From Candidatus Staskawiczbacteria bacterium (GTDB lineage Bacteria > Patescibacteriota > Minisyncoccia > Minisyncoccales > Staskawiczbacteraceae), in the NCBI GenBank assembly GCA_041659225.1, contig JBAZYR010000001.1:98087-162086 (forward strand): DNA of 64,000 bases. Direction: 5' to 3'. The notes beneath the pieces were generated by a model, which was not told the DNA's origin, searched no databases, and was given only the letters and a program-made list of their open reading frames with translations. This document shows positions 47,668-57,317 of this stretch, piece by piece. Position numbers and translations under genes: made by a program. The stretch's first letter is position 1. Every line of letters starts with the position of its first letter.

Positions 47668-48759
47668 TTATTCCTGTACGTATTTCATTTGATACCCGAG
47701 CGGATATTTCGAGAAAGGATTTTTTGTACCAATGGTAGCAAAGTGCACGTGGCAGCCGGTAGAAATTCCTGCTCCGTCCATACCGGGCTGACCGCCGATC
47801 AAGCCAATTTTCTGTCCAACGTCAACTATATCGCCGGAATTAACAGCGATGTTCAGGAGATGCCCATAATAACTTACTACTCCGTCTTTATGTAAAATTG
47901 TAACAATATTACCGCCGCCAAAATTCCATCCATATTTTGCTTTTTGTACTACTCCCGCTGCTGCCGCAAAGATAGGCGTTCCGCATTTATTTGCAATATC
48001 AACTCCATTATACCAATGCAGGGTTTGTGTTATTATCCCCTGAGCTGGAAAGATAAAATAGTTATCAGCCAAATATGTTTGAGGAAATACCGGTGCCTTC
48101 TTGGGCATTACTCCATTCGGAACGACTAAAATATCACCGATGTAGACATCTGATTCATCAGCTAAGTCGTTTACCTCTAATATCTCATCTGCGCTTGCTT
48201 TGTATAACTTAGCGATTTCTTCTATGGTGTCACCTGATTCTGCTATATGGACTAGACCAGAAACTGGCAGAATAATAAGGGTTTGTCCATTTTTTATCTT
48301 TGAAGAACTAGACAGATCGTTGGACAGTAATAAAGTATTCAAAGAAACATCAAACTTCTCCGCAATTAATTTAAAAGTATCTCCTGATTGCACTGTATAC
48401 TCAACAATTTCCTTCCTTATCTGGGGACCCTGCCCGAAGATAGAACCCAAAACTTTCGAAGATAAAACCCTTGGCGGACAAAAGGCTGATAAACTGTCCC
48501 CTTGGATGATCTTTAACTCAGGCGGCTCTAGGCACAAAGTGCTGTTTTGATTCAAAAACAAAACCCCATCTCCAGAATCGACGGAGTCGTCGGAAACGGG
48601 GCTAATGAAGGCTTCGGCAGACTTTAAGGTTGTTTGCGGCCAGAGTATAGAATGAGGGAACCTGTTAATGCCGAAATACACTAAACCTAAAAGAATAATG
48701 GATAATAAGCTATAATAAAAACAAGGGGACTTAAAGAAACCCTTGAATACTGTCAACAT
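47668..48759 (-). CDS. Membrane-anchored LysM (x2) + M23 metallopeptidase
   Basis: LysM-like YTVQSGDTFKLIAEKFDVSLNTLLLSN and HIAESGDTIEEIAKLYKASADEILEVN. M23 motifs GVDIANKCGTPIFAAAAG and GCHVHF. Confidence 0.85.
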   Translation of the reverse strand: MLTVFKGFFKSPCFYYSLLSIILLGLVYFGINRFPHSILWPQTTLKSAEAFISPVSDDSVDSGDGVLFLNQNSTLCLEPPELKIIQGDSLSAFCPPRVLSSKVLGSIFGQGPQIRKEIVEYTVQSGDTFKLIAEKFDVSLNTLLLSNDLSSSSKIKNGQTLIILPVSGLVHIAESGDTIEEIAKLYKASADEILEVNDLADESDVYIGDILVVPNGVMPKKAPVFPQTYLADNYFIFPAQGIITQTLHWYNGVDIANKCGTPIFAAAAGVVQKAKYGWNFGGGNIVTILHKDGVVSYYGHLLNIAVNSGDIVDVGQKIGLIGGQPGMDGAGISTGCHVHFATIGTKNPFSKYPLGYQMKYVQE

Positions 48760-49017
48760 GGATATTTTCTTCCACGCATAGTGACAGGCGACCAGTATCT
48801 TGCTTTTTAGTTTTTTGAAAGATAAAGGTGTAATATTTTAAAGCCCTCACTCCTTTTTTGATAGGAAATAAGGGTACTCTAAAAATAGCATTTAAAAGAC
48901 CCCCAGTCAAGCGACTTGTTCACAGAACCCATTATACTAACCGAGTACAAAATCATAATAAACTTACTGTTTAAATATACTATTAATATACCTAGTTGCT
49001 CGTTCAGAATACTTTAC

Positions 49018-49026
49018 TGATATAAT
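49018..49026 (+). promoter_or_regulatory. Extended -10 element (TGaTATAAT) ending 6 nt before the rsmA ATG
   Basis: TG at 49018-19, TATAAT at 49021-26, ATG at 49033. No Shine-Dalgarno sequence is possible. Confidence 0.4.
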
Positions 49027-49032
49027 AGAAAA

Positions 49033-49842
49033 ATGAACCAAAATTCTATTAAAAATACCTTAAAGAATATTAGGATACACCCTTCCAAAGGACTGGGGCA
49101 GAACTTTTTAGTGGATAAGGCCACACTCAATAAGATTGTCAGTGCCGCAGGCATAAAACCAAGTGATAATATTTTAGAAATCGGCCCAGGAACCGGTATT
49201 TTGACTCAAGAGTTAGCAAAGAAGGCGAAAAAGGTAATCGCCATAGAGAAGGATGTAAAAATGGTGGAGCTATTAAGGGAAACATTAAAAGACTTCAAAA
49301 ATGTGGAAATTGTCCCAAAAGATATTCTGAAGATTAAAGATGAGGATCTGTTCCGAGATTATAAACTAGTTGCCAACCTTCCCTACTATATTACTTCGCC
49401 GGTAATTAGAAAGTTTCTAGAGATAAAAAATCAACCGAAGGTAATGATACTAATGGTTCAGAAAGAAGTTGCTCAGAGGATCTGTGCTAAGCCACCTAGG
49501 ATGAATCTGCTTGCAGTCTCGGTTCAATTCTATGGGACGCCAGAGATTATAAATTACGTTCCCAAAGAATCTTTTTGGCCCAAGCCTAAAGTCGATTCCG
49601 CAATAATCAAAATAGTCCCGAAAAAAAGTTTGGAATCTTTGAAACCAGAACTGTTTTTTAAAATAGTAAAAGCAGGATTTTCGCATCCAAGGAAACAAAT
49701 ATTAGGAAATTTTAAAAATATTTTAAAGATTGGGGGAGAAAACCTTTTGGCTTGGCTCAAGGCTAACAGCGTAAGTCCTGACCGGAGAGCCGAATCTCTG
49801 AGTGTCGGCGATTGGATAAATTTAGCAGAAACATTTGACTAA
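49033..49842 (+). CDS. rsmA: 16S rRNA (adenine1518/1519-N6)-dimethyltransferase
   Basis: GQNFLVD, SAM-binding ILEIGPGTGILT, and NLPYYITSP. Confidence 0.9.
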   Translation: MNQNSIKNTLKNIRIHPSKGLGQNFLVDKATLNKIVSAAGIKPSDNILEIGPGTGILTQELAKKAKKVIAIEKDVKMVELLRETLKDFKNVEIVPKDILKIKDEDLFRDYKLVANLPYYITSPVIRKFLEIKNQPKVMILMVQKEVAQRICAKPPRMNLLAVSVQFYGTPEIINYVPKESFWPKPKVDSAIIKIVPKKSLESLKPELFFKIVKAGFSHPRKQILGNFKNILKIGGENLLAWLKANSVSPDRRAESLSVGDWINLAETFD

Positions 49843-49854
49843 AAGTTATTGACA

Positions 49855-49884
49855 TTGCTTGTTATTTTTCTTGCGTGGTATAAT
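49855..49884 (+). promoter_or_regulatory. Candidate promoter (TTGCTT-18 nt-TGgTATAAT) for the VirB6-like gene
   Basis: TTGCTT at 49855-60, TG at 49876-77, TATAAT at 49879-84. Confidence 0.45.
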
Positions 49885-49933
49885 AAAAAATTGGTTCTAA
49901 CAAATAGGGTGCATTGTAAATAATAAACACTTC

Positions 49934-51772
49934 ATGTTTAAAACTATAATTGAAAAGTGTAAGTTTTATTTCGTTCTTATCAGCTGTCCAAAAAATCGCG
50001 AGAGCGGAGTCCTCGCCTCCTCCGTCGTATTCGGTCTAGCTACAGCGCTCGCCATAGGCCTTGGTATTTCATTCGCTTGGAGTTGGAAAGAAGAACTCGG
50101 AAAAATGACCCTAAGGGGAGTGATATGGTTGACGTTTTATCTTAGCCAGTGGGCTTTTGATTTTAGCGCCAGCCTGTTCAACTCAGTTGTTGTTTCTTCT
50201 GGAAACTCTATCACAGGGAACACTTTAGTTATACATGGCTGGACCATAGTTAGGGATTTTGCCAACATGTTTGTTGTTCTTGGTTTTGTAGTAGTCGGAA
50301 TCGCGACAATATTGAGAATGCGAGAGTATGAAGCTCAAAAAACCTTAGGACCCTTAATAATAGCTGCGATTTTGATCAATTTTTCTATGGTAATCTGTGG
50401 TGTGGCTATCGATGTGACCAATGTGACAATGGAATATTTTCTTAGTGCATCTGGGCCTGGCGGGGTTGTAGAGCCGCTGAGGGCTGCCGTTTTGAATCCG
50501 ATGCATGGGCCGGCGCTTCAGACACTTTCAGACACTGACAATTTCCCTGGGTTTTTAGTTTATGGCATGACTGTCTGCGCATTCGCGATCGTATCCACCA
50601 TGATCTTTTTACTTTATGGCGCACTTCTCCTTTTCCGCCCCGCTGCATTAATGTGTTTGGTAATTTTGTCACCATTGGGTATTGTTTCGTGGGTTTTTGC
50701 TGCGACAAAACCTTTTTACACTAAATGGCGAGATCAATTAATTAGCTGGTCTATTCTCGGCATCCCGACAGCGTTCTTTCTTTATCTCGCGGGCCATTTA
50801 GCAAATCGGACAGTAGTCGGAGGATCACCAACCGAAAGCTTGTATTCCTTTTTGACCGTTATTGGATTCTTACTAATCGGCTATACCTTTGTTTTCCAAA
50901 CCGGCGCCGTGGGTGCTTCCGCTATCACCGGCCTAGTCGCATCAGGCGGACGCTTTGCATCCGGGGCAGTAAGAAAAGGAGTAAAATATACAAAAGCTGG
51001 TGCCAAAGCTGGTGCAGGGGCAGCGGGCAGTCGACTTAAAGAGACAGAAGCTGGGCGGGCTGTAACCGGCGGATTCGGCAGAGCTATGGAGAGAATCGGC
51101 ATTTACTCTGAGGGAAGCACGGCGCAAAAAGAGCAGAAGAAAACTAAAGATGCCATTGATAGAGCTAAGGCGAACTACAAGGACAATCCAGATAGAGTAG
51201 TAAGGAATGCACAGGGCGGAGGGAGAACAACTAGGTCAGAGGACATAGAGGCAAGCGCCATTGTGGCGGCCCAAGAAGGGGCATTAGATATGAACGATGC
51301 CCGCATGGTGGCCCATTATCAGACAGCTGCTCAAAGCGGCAGATATAGCGCAGAGGAGATAAGGAAAGCGGAAACGAGGATGCCTGAACTTGCTCGACAC
51401 AACCGACCAGCGGTAGAAAGAATCCAGCGAAATAGTCCAACACCACTCACCGAAGCCGAAGCGGGAGACATGGCGGTCAGGAACACAATGGCTGGCCTGA
51501 GCGTTGGGGAAATAGGGAAACTATCTACAAATAGTATGAATATGCAATTCTTAGAAGCGACTAGAAGCAAAAAGTTAAATAAAGCTGATGCTGATGGAGT
51601 GCTGTCGCCACAGCAAGTAGCCCATTTGAAGCAATACACAACAGCCGGAACAGCGCAGGAGGCAGAGTTTACCAATAGAGTAAACCATTTGACCAGAGCT
51701 GGTGCCAGCCCAGAAGAACAAACCCAAGGTAGGGAATTAAAGAAAGTCGCCCTGGCCATCAATAATTTATAA
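49934..51772 (+). CDS. Polytopic membrane protein, VirB6/TrbL-like, with approx. 270-aa hydrophilic C-terminal tail
   Basis: About 7 hydrophobic helices in aa 30-340, then a Gly/Ala/Lys-rich and helical tail. Context next to PrgI/VirB4. The family assignment rests on architecture and context only. The start is uncertain. Confidence 0.4.
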   Translation: MFKTIIEKCKFYFVLISCPKNRESGVLASSVVFGLATALAIGLGISFAWSWKEELGKMTLRGVIWLTFYLSQWAFDFSASLFNSVVVSSGNSITGNTLVIHGWTIVRDFANMFVVLGFVVVGIATILRMREYEAQKTLGPLIIAAILINFSMVICGVAIDVTNVTMEYFLSASGPGGVVEPLRAAVLNPMHGPALQTLSDTDNFPGFLVYGMTVCAFAIVSTMIFLLYGALLLFRPAALMCLVILSPLGIVSWVFAATKPFYTKWRDQLISWSILGIPTAFFLYLAGHLANRTVVGGSPTESLYSFLTVIGFLLIGYTFVFQTGAVGASAITGLVASGGRFASGAVRKGVKYTKAGAKAGAGAAGSRLKETEAGRAVTGGFGRAMERIGIYSEGSTAQKEQKKTKDAIDRAKANYKDNPDRVVRNAQGGGRTTRSEDIEASAIVAAQEGALDMNDARMVAHYQTAAQSGRYSAEEIRKAETRMPELARHNRPAVERIQRNSPTPLTEAEAGDMAVRNTMAGLSVGEIGKLSTNSMNMQFLEATRSKKLNKADADGVLSPQQVAHLKQYTTAGTAQEAEFTNRVNHLTRAGASPEEQTQGRELKKVALAINNL

Positions 51773-51787
51773 TCCACCTCAATAAAT

Positions 51788-52321
51788 ATGCCTAAAAATA
51801 CTTCCATATATAGAGTATCTCTTCCTGACGACATTGACCTAATCGATACTATTGCCACAATTCTTCAAGAGAACGGCGTAAAAGAATCGGCTGAAGACGC
51901 TTATGATAAAATGAAGAGGGGTGAAAAATCTAGTATCGACTCGACTATAAAAATAATAAAACGGGCTGTATTGGGAGAAATTCCTCCAACTGATCTTGCA
52001 AAAAAAATAGAGGAGGAGTTAAAATTTTCAAACCCCATATCCGAAAAAATAGCGAATGGTCTAAAAGAGAAAATTATTTCTAGGGCAAAAAAGATTGAAT
52101 TTAATAAACCGGCGGAGACAAAGATGGTAGAAACGGATTTACAAAAAGAAACAGGTATAAAGGAAGACCAAATCGAGGTTAATAAAGTAGTTGAACGACC
52201 TGTGGAAAATCCGTTCCCAAAAAGATTAAAAAAAACAGAAACGACAGAAAAAAATAAAACAGCGAAACCGTCTGCGTCCAGAGGTGCAAATTCTGATACC
52301 TACCGAGAGCCGATCGAATAG
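51788..52321 (+). CDS. Hypothetical soluble protein
   Basis: 177-aa ORF, K/E-rich C-terminal half ending ...DTYREPIE. No motif recognised. Confidence 0.45.
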   Translation: MPKNTSIYRVSLPDDIDLIDTIATILQENGVKESAEDAYDKMKRGEKSSIDSTIKIIKRAVLGEIPPTDLAKKIEEELKFSNPISEKIANGLKEKIISRAKKIEFNKPAETKMVETDLQKETGIKEDQIEVNKVVERPVENPFPKRLKKTETTEKNKTAKPSASRGANSDTYREPIE

Positions 52322-52332
52322 AAACTTATTAT

Positions 52333-52372
52333 AAAAAAAGAAGGGGGAAGACCGTTGTCTTACCCCTTTTTG
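52333..52372. terminator. Bidirectional terminator between convergent genes
   Basis: aaaaaaagaaggggg-aagac-cgtt-gtctt-a-cccctttttg (compound stem). Confidence 0.7.
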
Positions 52373-52384
52373 CTACACCGCAAA

Positions 52385-53692
52385 TTATTGCTTCTTATTT
52401 CTCTTCTTCATTCTATCGTAAGCGGCATCTACTTCTGTCGGACCCATCTCCCACGGTTTCTTCTTGCTTTCCGAAGCACCGGAACCGGAACCGCCTCCAC
52501 CCGACGTTCCCTTACCGCTGTCTTCCCTTGACCTCCCCAAGATTTCCTTGAGCATGCCGCCGAGACCGAGCAAGTCGTTGCCTACGTCGGTTTTTGCTCC
52601 GCTGACATCAATAATCGTCTTGCTAGCCTTCCCTCGTTCAACCTGAAGCGTCTTAAGCGCCTCCTCAGGGCCGATTCCGAGATCTGTCCTAAGTTTTTTC
52701 ACACGGTCGCAAACATTGTCTATTTCCATCTTATCGGCGTCTCTTTCCCTCCTCTCTTTTTCTTCTAGCTCCGCCGCGTTAGCGACTTCGCCCTCCACCC
52801 TGACCTCGTTGACGGAAAACCTGAAAACCGTGATCCCAAGACTCTCTTCTCCGAAGTCTCCCTTGCCTTCACGCAGCCTTTTCACCTCTGATTTCCGCTG
52901 CCCTATCTCTCTTTTGAGATTCGACTGATCAGCGGGCGAGTAACCGTCGAAGATGGCTTTCAGTCCATCCCAGTTCCAGACCCCCGTGGTTTTGTCTTTA
53001 GACGCCCACCCATTTCGAGGAGTTGCGTCGTATTCGCTCGGTTCCGATTGAGGCTCTTCAAAGAACCTCATCCACGTGCCGGTGGGAATTGGACTATTAA
53101 CTGAAGACAAGGCGCTGCCCAAGAGGGACTTCACAAGCACTGCATGGACGTCATCCCTCATTCCCTGCGCTTCCATCCACGTAGATGGCCCTTCTCTGTT
53201 AGACGTTGCCCACGTTTTCACACGGTCCTCAATCGTATCCCGAAGGATCTTTTCAACTCCTGCTTGTCCTCCGGAATTAAGGTAAGTGATGTAAGATTCC
53301 GGCTTCTCTTTTATGCCGGGCATCCACGTTAGACTTTCTGAGACGGAAACCTCCGCCCGGTCTGGCGTCCGCACTCGTTGTGCCGGAAAGTCAGTATTAA
53401 TCTTCTCGACTTTTATCAGGGCAAAATCGAAAAGAAACGGACAGAGTGGAATCCAGTTCCATCCCTCATCCAGCACCACCCCCAGCCTCCGGCCCCAAAA
53501 CATAAGAATAGCCTTGTGGGGCGGTTTGGCCGGTATCTTCTGCAGAGCGTTATAAACAAACACATAAGCCAACGCCAGAAACGACACAGGCCCTAGCCAG
53601 AAACTGACCAAAGACAGAAGCGCAGAAACCACTGTGATCAGAACCAAAACCACGATTGTGAAATCTCTTCTCATCGTGAAATCTATTCTCAT
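52385..53692 (-). CDS. Membrane-anchored SPFH/band-7-like protein with long charged tail
   Basis: Two N-terminal TM helices, then ILMFWGRRLGVVLDEGWNWIPLCPFLFDFALIKVEKINTDFPAQRVRTPDRAEVSV, an SPFH-like pattern. Start at ATG 53692 with AAGGAG 6 nt upstream. Confidence 0.5.
   Translation of the reverse strand: MRIDFTMRRDFTIVVLVLITVVSALLSLVSFWLGPVSFLALAYVFVYNALQKIPAKPPHKAILMFWGRRLGVVLDEGWNWIPLCPFLFDFALIKVEKINTDFPAQRVRTPDRAEVSVSESLTWMPGIKEKPESYITYLNSGGQAGVEKILRDTIEDRVKTWATSNREGPSTWMEAQGMRDDVHAVLVKSLLGSALSSVNSPIPTGTWMRFFEEPQSEPSEYDATPRNGWASKDKTTGVWNWDGLKAIFDGYSPADQSNLKREIGQRKSEVKRLREGKGDFGEESLGITVFRFSVNEVRVEGEVANAAELEEKERRERDADKMEIDNVCDRVKKLRTDLGIGPEEALKTLQVERGKASKTIIDVSGAKTDVGNDLLGLGGMLKEILGRSREDSGKGTSGGGGSGSGASESKKKPWEMGPTEVDAAYDRMKKRNKKQ
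53657..53692 (-). repeat. Imperfect 18-nt tandem duplication at the 5' end of the SPFH-like gene
   Basis: 16 of 18 nt are identical. It encodes MRIDFT / MRRDFT and so gives two in-frame ATGs. Confidence 0.8.
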
Positions 53693-53855
53693 CGCGTTCT
53701 CCTTTTGTTTTTCACTCGATATTGAGTTGTTAATGCACAGAATATCCAAAGACACATTGCCTTCAGAATTATCTATATTATATATTATATCTACCTCTTT
53801 GTCAAGTTTTCCCTTCCCCTCTCCACAGCTCGCTTTACTGCTTGACTTTCCTTTG

Positions 53856-53864
53856 TGGTATAAT
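53856..53864 (+). promoter_or_regulatory. Extended -10 element (TGgTATAAT) upstream of the prgI-like gene
   Basis: TG at 53856-57 and TATAAT at 53859-64, 28 nt before ATG 53893. Confidence 0.45.
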
Positions 53865-53892
53865 AGAAAAATATTAGTAATTTTTTCTTTTT

Positions 53893-54306
53893 ATGGAACA
53901 ATACCCGGTTCCTCAATTTATTGATGCCGAGGCAAGAATGGCTTTCTTTTTAACCGTCCGTCAATTCATATACGTCATTGTCGCCGGCGGCATAATCTTT
54001 ATTCTCTTTTATGTTCTTCCTTTCTATCTTTTTGTTATTGCCGCCCTAATTGTAGGTGGATCCGCTATTGCGCTAGGGTTTATAAAAATCCAAGGAATTC
54101 CATTGCTGGAAATAATGTTAAACTCCTTTGGATTTGCTATGGGATCGAAAAGTTATACATGGAAGAAAAAGGAATCTCTTTATCCTTTTAAGGTGATAAA
54201 AAAAGCGGAAATTAGAAAAATTGAAACTGACAAAGCACTAAAGATCGGCGAGAAGAGTGGCTTAAAAAAATTAAGGACAAAAGTAGAGCTACAAATTAAA
54301 AACTAA
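53893..54306 (+). CDS. prgI: PrgI-family (VirB3-like) T4SS membrane protein
   Basis: YPVPQFIDAEARMAFFLTVRQFIYVIVAGG..., two TM helices, then ...SKSYTWKKK. This matches the PrgI-family pattern. Confidence 0.7.
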   Translation: MEQYPVPQFIDAEARMAFFLTVRQFIYVIVAGGIIFILFYVLPFYLFVIAALIVGGSAIALGFIKIQGIPLLEIMLNSFGFAMGSKSYTWKKKESLYPFKVIKKAEIRKIETDKALKIGEKSGLKKLRTKVELQIKN

Positions 54307-54312
54307 TAACCC

Positions 54313-54981
54313 ATGCCTGAAATATCTACACAAGATTTTTTAGAAATAAAAGATATAAGAGAGGGGGTGTTAATTCTGAAAGACCGAAGCCTCAGATCTG
54401 TTTTAATGGTTTCTTCTTTAAATTTCGCCCTAAAGTCAGAGGAAGAACAGACTGCAATTGTCTACGCCTTCCAAACGTTTTTAAACAGTTTGGATTTTTC
54501 CTGCCAGATTGTTATTCAGTCGAGGAACATAAATATTACACCTTACCTTGACGAGCTAAAGGACTTAGAAGAGAGGCAGGTGAACGAACTACTTAAGGAA
54601 CAAACTGCAGCTTACCGTGAGTTTATAAAACAGCTAGTGCAAGGAGAGACCATCATGACAAAAAACTTCTACGCGGTGGTGCCATACACATTGATGGAGG
54701 CTCTCGGCATAAGCGCAGTCACAAGGAAATTTAGTTTAAAAGAGTTATTTGGTAAAAAAACTGAACAAAAAGCAGCGGAGCTAGCTGATGCTGACTTTGA
54801 AAGATGCAAAACGCAGTTATGGCAGAGGATGGAATTCATGGCCATGGGATTAAGACGATGCGGATTAGAAAGTATTCCGCTGACAACACCGGAACTCATC
54901 GAACTTTTCTGGACAATTCATCACCCAGAACAGGCAGAAGTCGGCTACTATCCAGAAATATTACCGGAGCTTATAAAATAA
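54313..54981 (+). CDS. Hypothetical T4SS-associated protein resembling a VirB4-type N-terminal domain
   Basis: DFLEIKDIREGVLILKDRSLRSVLMVSSLNFALKSEEEQTAIVYAFQTFLNSLDFSCQIVIQS looks like the N-terminal region of Gram-positive VirB4 homologues. No NTPase motifs. Confidence 0.35.
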   Translation: MPEISTQDFLEIKDIREGVLILKDRSLRSVLMVSSLNFALKSEEEQTAIVYAFQTFLNSLDFSCQIVIQSRNINITPYLDELKDLEERQVNELLKEQTAAYREFIKQLVQGETIMTKNFYAVVPYTLMEALGISAVTRKFSLKELFGKKTEQKAAELADADFERCKTQLWQRMEFMAMGLRRCGLESIPLTTPELIELFWTIHHPEQAEVGYYPEILPELIK

Positions 54982-54992
54982 ACGCCATAATA

Positions 54993-56813
54993 ATGAAATT
55001 CGAACTGCCGTTTTTCAAAAAGAAAGAAGAAGATCTCACGGGAGAAAAGATATTTGAGCAAGAAGCTCTTGACGTACGGGATATAATAGCTCCCCCGTAT
55101 ATTGGCGTAGAACAAGATCACTTAAAACTAGGGGAAAGATTAAGCAGTTCCTTCTTTATCTTTTCTTATCCGAGATATTTAAATACTGGATGGTTGTCGC
55201 CGGTGATTAATTTGAACACTCCGATGGATATTTCCTTCCATATTCACCCGGTTAGCACAGAAATGATTCTTAAAAAACTTAGGAAGAAAATCACTGAAGT
55301 TTCTTCTGAGATATTGGAGAGAGAAGACAAGGGTCTGGTCCGTGACCCAGCGCTCGAAGCAGCTTTCCAAAATATCGAGGCACTAAGAGACTCCCTACAA
55401 ACAGCTCAAGAAAAAATGTTCCGCTTTGGGCTGTATATTACAATCTACGAAAGCACTAAAAAAGCGCTGAAGGATACTGAGATGACACTGAGATCTATCT
55501 TTGAATCACGCTTAATATATATTAAGCCTGCACTCTTTAAGCAGCGAGAGGGCTTCATCTCGTGTAATCCATACGGATTAGACCTTACAAACGTCCACAT
55601 TCCGATGGATACTGCGCCCCTATCAACCGCCTTTCCTTTTATCTCTTTTGATTTAAGCTCTGCCGAAGGAATCCTTTATGGTGTTAATCGCCATAATAAT
55701 TCCCTTGTCTTATTTGATAGGTTTAGTTTAGAAAATGCGAATTCCGTAGTCTTTGCAAAAGCAGGTTCCGGTAAATCTTATGCGATAAAATTGGAAATTC
55801 TCCGTTATCTAATGCAAGGGATAGATGTAATCGTTATTGACCCAGAAAACGAGTATGAGGCCCTTGCTGACGCCGTAGGAGGGTCGTTCTTTAAGATCTC
55901 TTTAACTTCTCCCCACCAACTAAATCCCTTCGACCTGCCGATACCAGGAGACGACGAAAGTAAGGAGGACATATTAAGATCTAATATCATTAACCTGGTG
56001 GGGTTGCTAAGGATCATGTTGGGCGGATTAACGCCAGAGGAGGATAGTATCATTGACCAGGCCTTAAGCGAAACATACGCAGTTCACGATATCACCCCAG
56101 AGTCAGACCCGAAAACATGGCAAGAGAATATTCCAGTGATGTCTGATTTTGAAGAAATATTAGAGAGTATGACAGGGACTGAGTCATTGGCAAAAAGAAT
56201 AAAGAAATTTACAAAAGGAACTTATGCTGATTTCTTCAATCAGCGGTCTAACATAACCATGACAAAAAATATGGTTGTGTTCGGCATAAGAGATATGGAG
56301 GAAAGTTTAAGGGCCATGGCTTTGTATATTATTATGCGATACATCTGGAATATAATCAGGTCTAATTTAAAAAAGAGAATATTGATTATAGATGAGGCTT
56401 GGTGGATGATGCAAACGGCCGAAGGAGCTTCGTTCTTATTCGGTCTGGCCAAACGTGCCCGTAAATACTGGCTTGGCGTAACAACTATCACTCAAGACGT
56501 TGCTGATTTTATGAAGTCAGAGTATGGACAACCGATTATTACAAATTCGTCAATGACGCTATTGCTTAAACAATCGCCCGCCACTATTGATATCGTTAAA
56601 CAAGTTTTCAATATGACAGACCAGGAAAAATATATTTTGCTGGAAGCCGCGGTCGGAGAAGGGATTTTCTTTGCCGGGAAAAAACATGTTGCCATATCTA
56701 TTGTCGCTAGCTCCACCGAAAACAGAATCATTACAACAGCTCCCGAAGAGGTCTTAAGGATGAGAAAAGAAAAGAAAGAAGTCCAGCTGGGTGAGATAAA
56801 AGAAGTGATTTAA
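54993..56813 (+). CDS. virB4: VirB4/TraE/PrgJ-type T4SS ATPase
   Basis: Walker A FAKAGSGKSYA, Walker B RILIIDEAWWM, and GVTTITQD. Start set at ATG 54993 (MKFELPFF). Confidence 0.85.
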   Translation: MKFELPFFKKKEEDLTGEKIFEQEALDVRDIIAPPYIGVEQDHLKLGERLSSSFFIFSYPRYLNTGWLSPVINLNTPMDISFHIHPVSTEMILKKLRKKITEVSSEILEREDKGLVRDPALEAAFQNIEALRDSLQTAQEKMFRFGLYITIYESTKKALKDTEMTLRSIFESRLIYIKPALFKQREGFISCNPYGLDLTNVHIPMDTAPLSTAFPFISFDLSSAEGILYGVNRHNNSLVLFDRFSLENANSVVFAKAGSGKSYAIKLEILRYLMQGIDVIVIDPENEYEALADAVGGSFFKISLTSPHQLNPFDLPIPGDDESKEDILRSNIINLVGLLRIMLGGLTPEEDSIIDQALSETYAVHDITPESDPKTWQENIPVMSDFEEILESMTGTESLAKRIKKFTKGTYADFFNQRSNITMTKNMVVFGIRDMEESLRAMALYIIMRYIWNIIRSNLKKRILIIDEAWWMMQTAEGASFLFGLAKRARKYWLGVTTITQDVADFMKSEYGQPIITNSSMTLLLKQSPATIDIVKQVFNMTDQEKYILLEAAVGEGIFFAGKKHVAISIVASSTENRIITTAPEEVLRMRKEKKEVQLGEIKEVI

Positions 56814-56837
56814 AAAATTTCTAACTACCTTCGTTAC

Positions 56838-57317
56838 ATGGGAATTTTTCCATCTCCAGGGACATTAACAAAAAAGGGCATGCTCATGATCTTATCAGTT
56901 CCTGAGGGGATCATAATGCTGATTACCGCGCTGATACTAGATGGATGTGGCTTAGTATTATTCGTACTAAGTCTTTTTGGCATTGGGATACCTTTTTCAT
57001 TTCTGCTCGATTTAGCCGGAGCTACTAGCATCGGGATATTTACTCTCACCAGCGGAATTGTAAAAAACGCTGTAGGGAATATAGCTGGAAAAGCTGGAGA
57101 AGCTATGGCAGGCAGCAACGGAGGAGAGGAAGGAGCCGCGGGGAAAGCTGGAAATATGGCAACCGGAGTTGCTAAAAAAGGCGCGCGGGTAGGGCTAGGA
57201 ATCACTCGTTTTATCATAACCTTTTTTATTGAGCTTATCCCCTTTATCGGCGACATATTCCCCACCTGGACACTTTGCGTTATTTTTACTTTAATTGAAG
57301 AGCAAGCATTGTCATGA
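56838..57317 (+). CDS. Hypothetical small membrane protein with Gly/Ala-rich loop
   Basis: Four hydrophobic segments. Its stop overlaps the next start (ATGA at 57314), which suggests translational coupling. Confidence 0.45.
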   Translation: MGIFPSPGTLTKKGMLMILSVPEGIIMLITALILDGCGLVLFVLSLFGIGIPFSFLLDLAGATSIGIFTLTSGIVKNAVGNIAGKAGEAMAGSNGGEEGAAGKAGNMATGVAKKGARVGLGITRFIITFFIELIPFIGDIFPTWTLCVIFTLIEEQALS

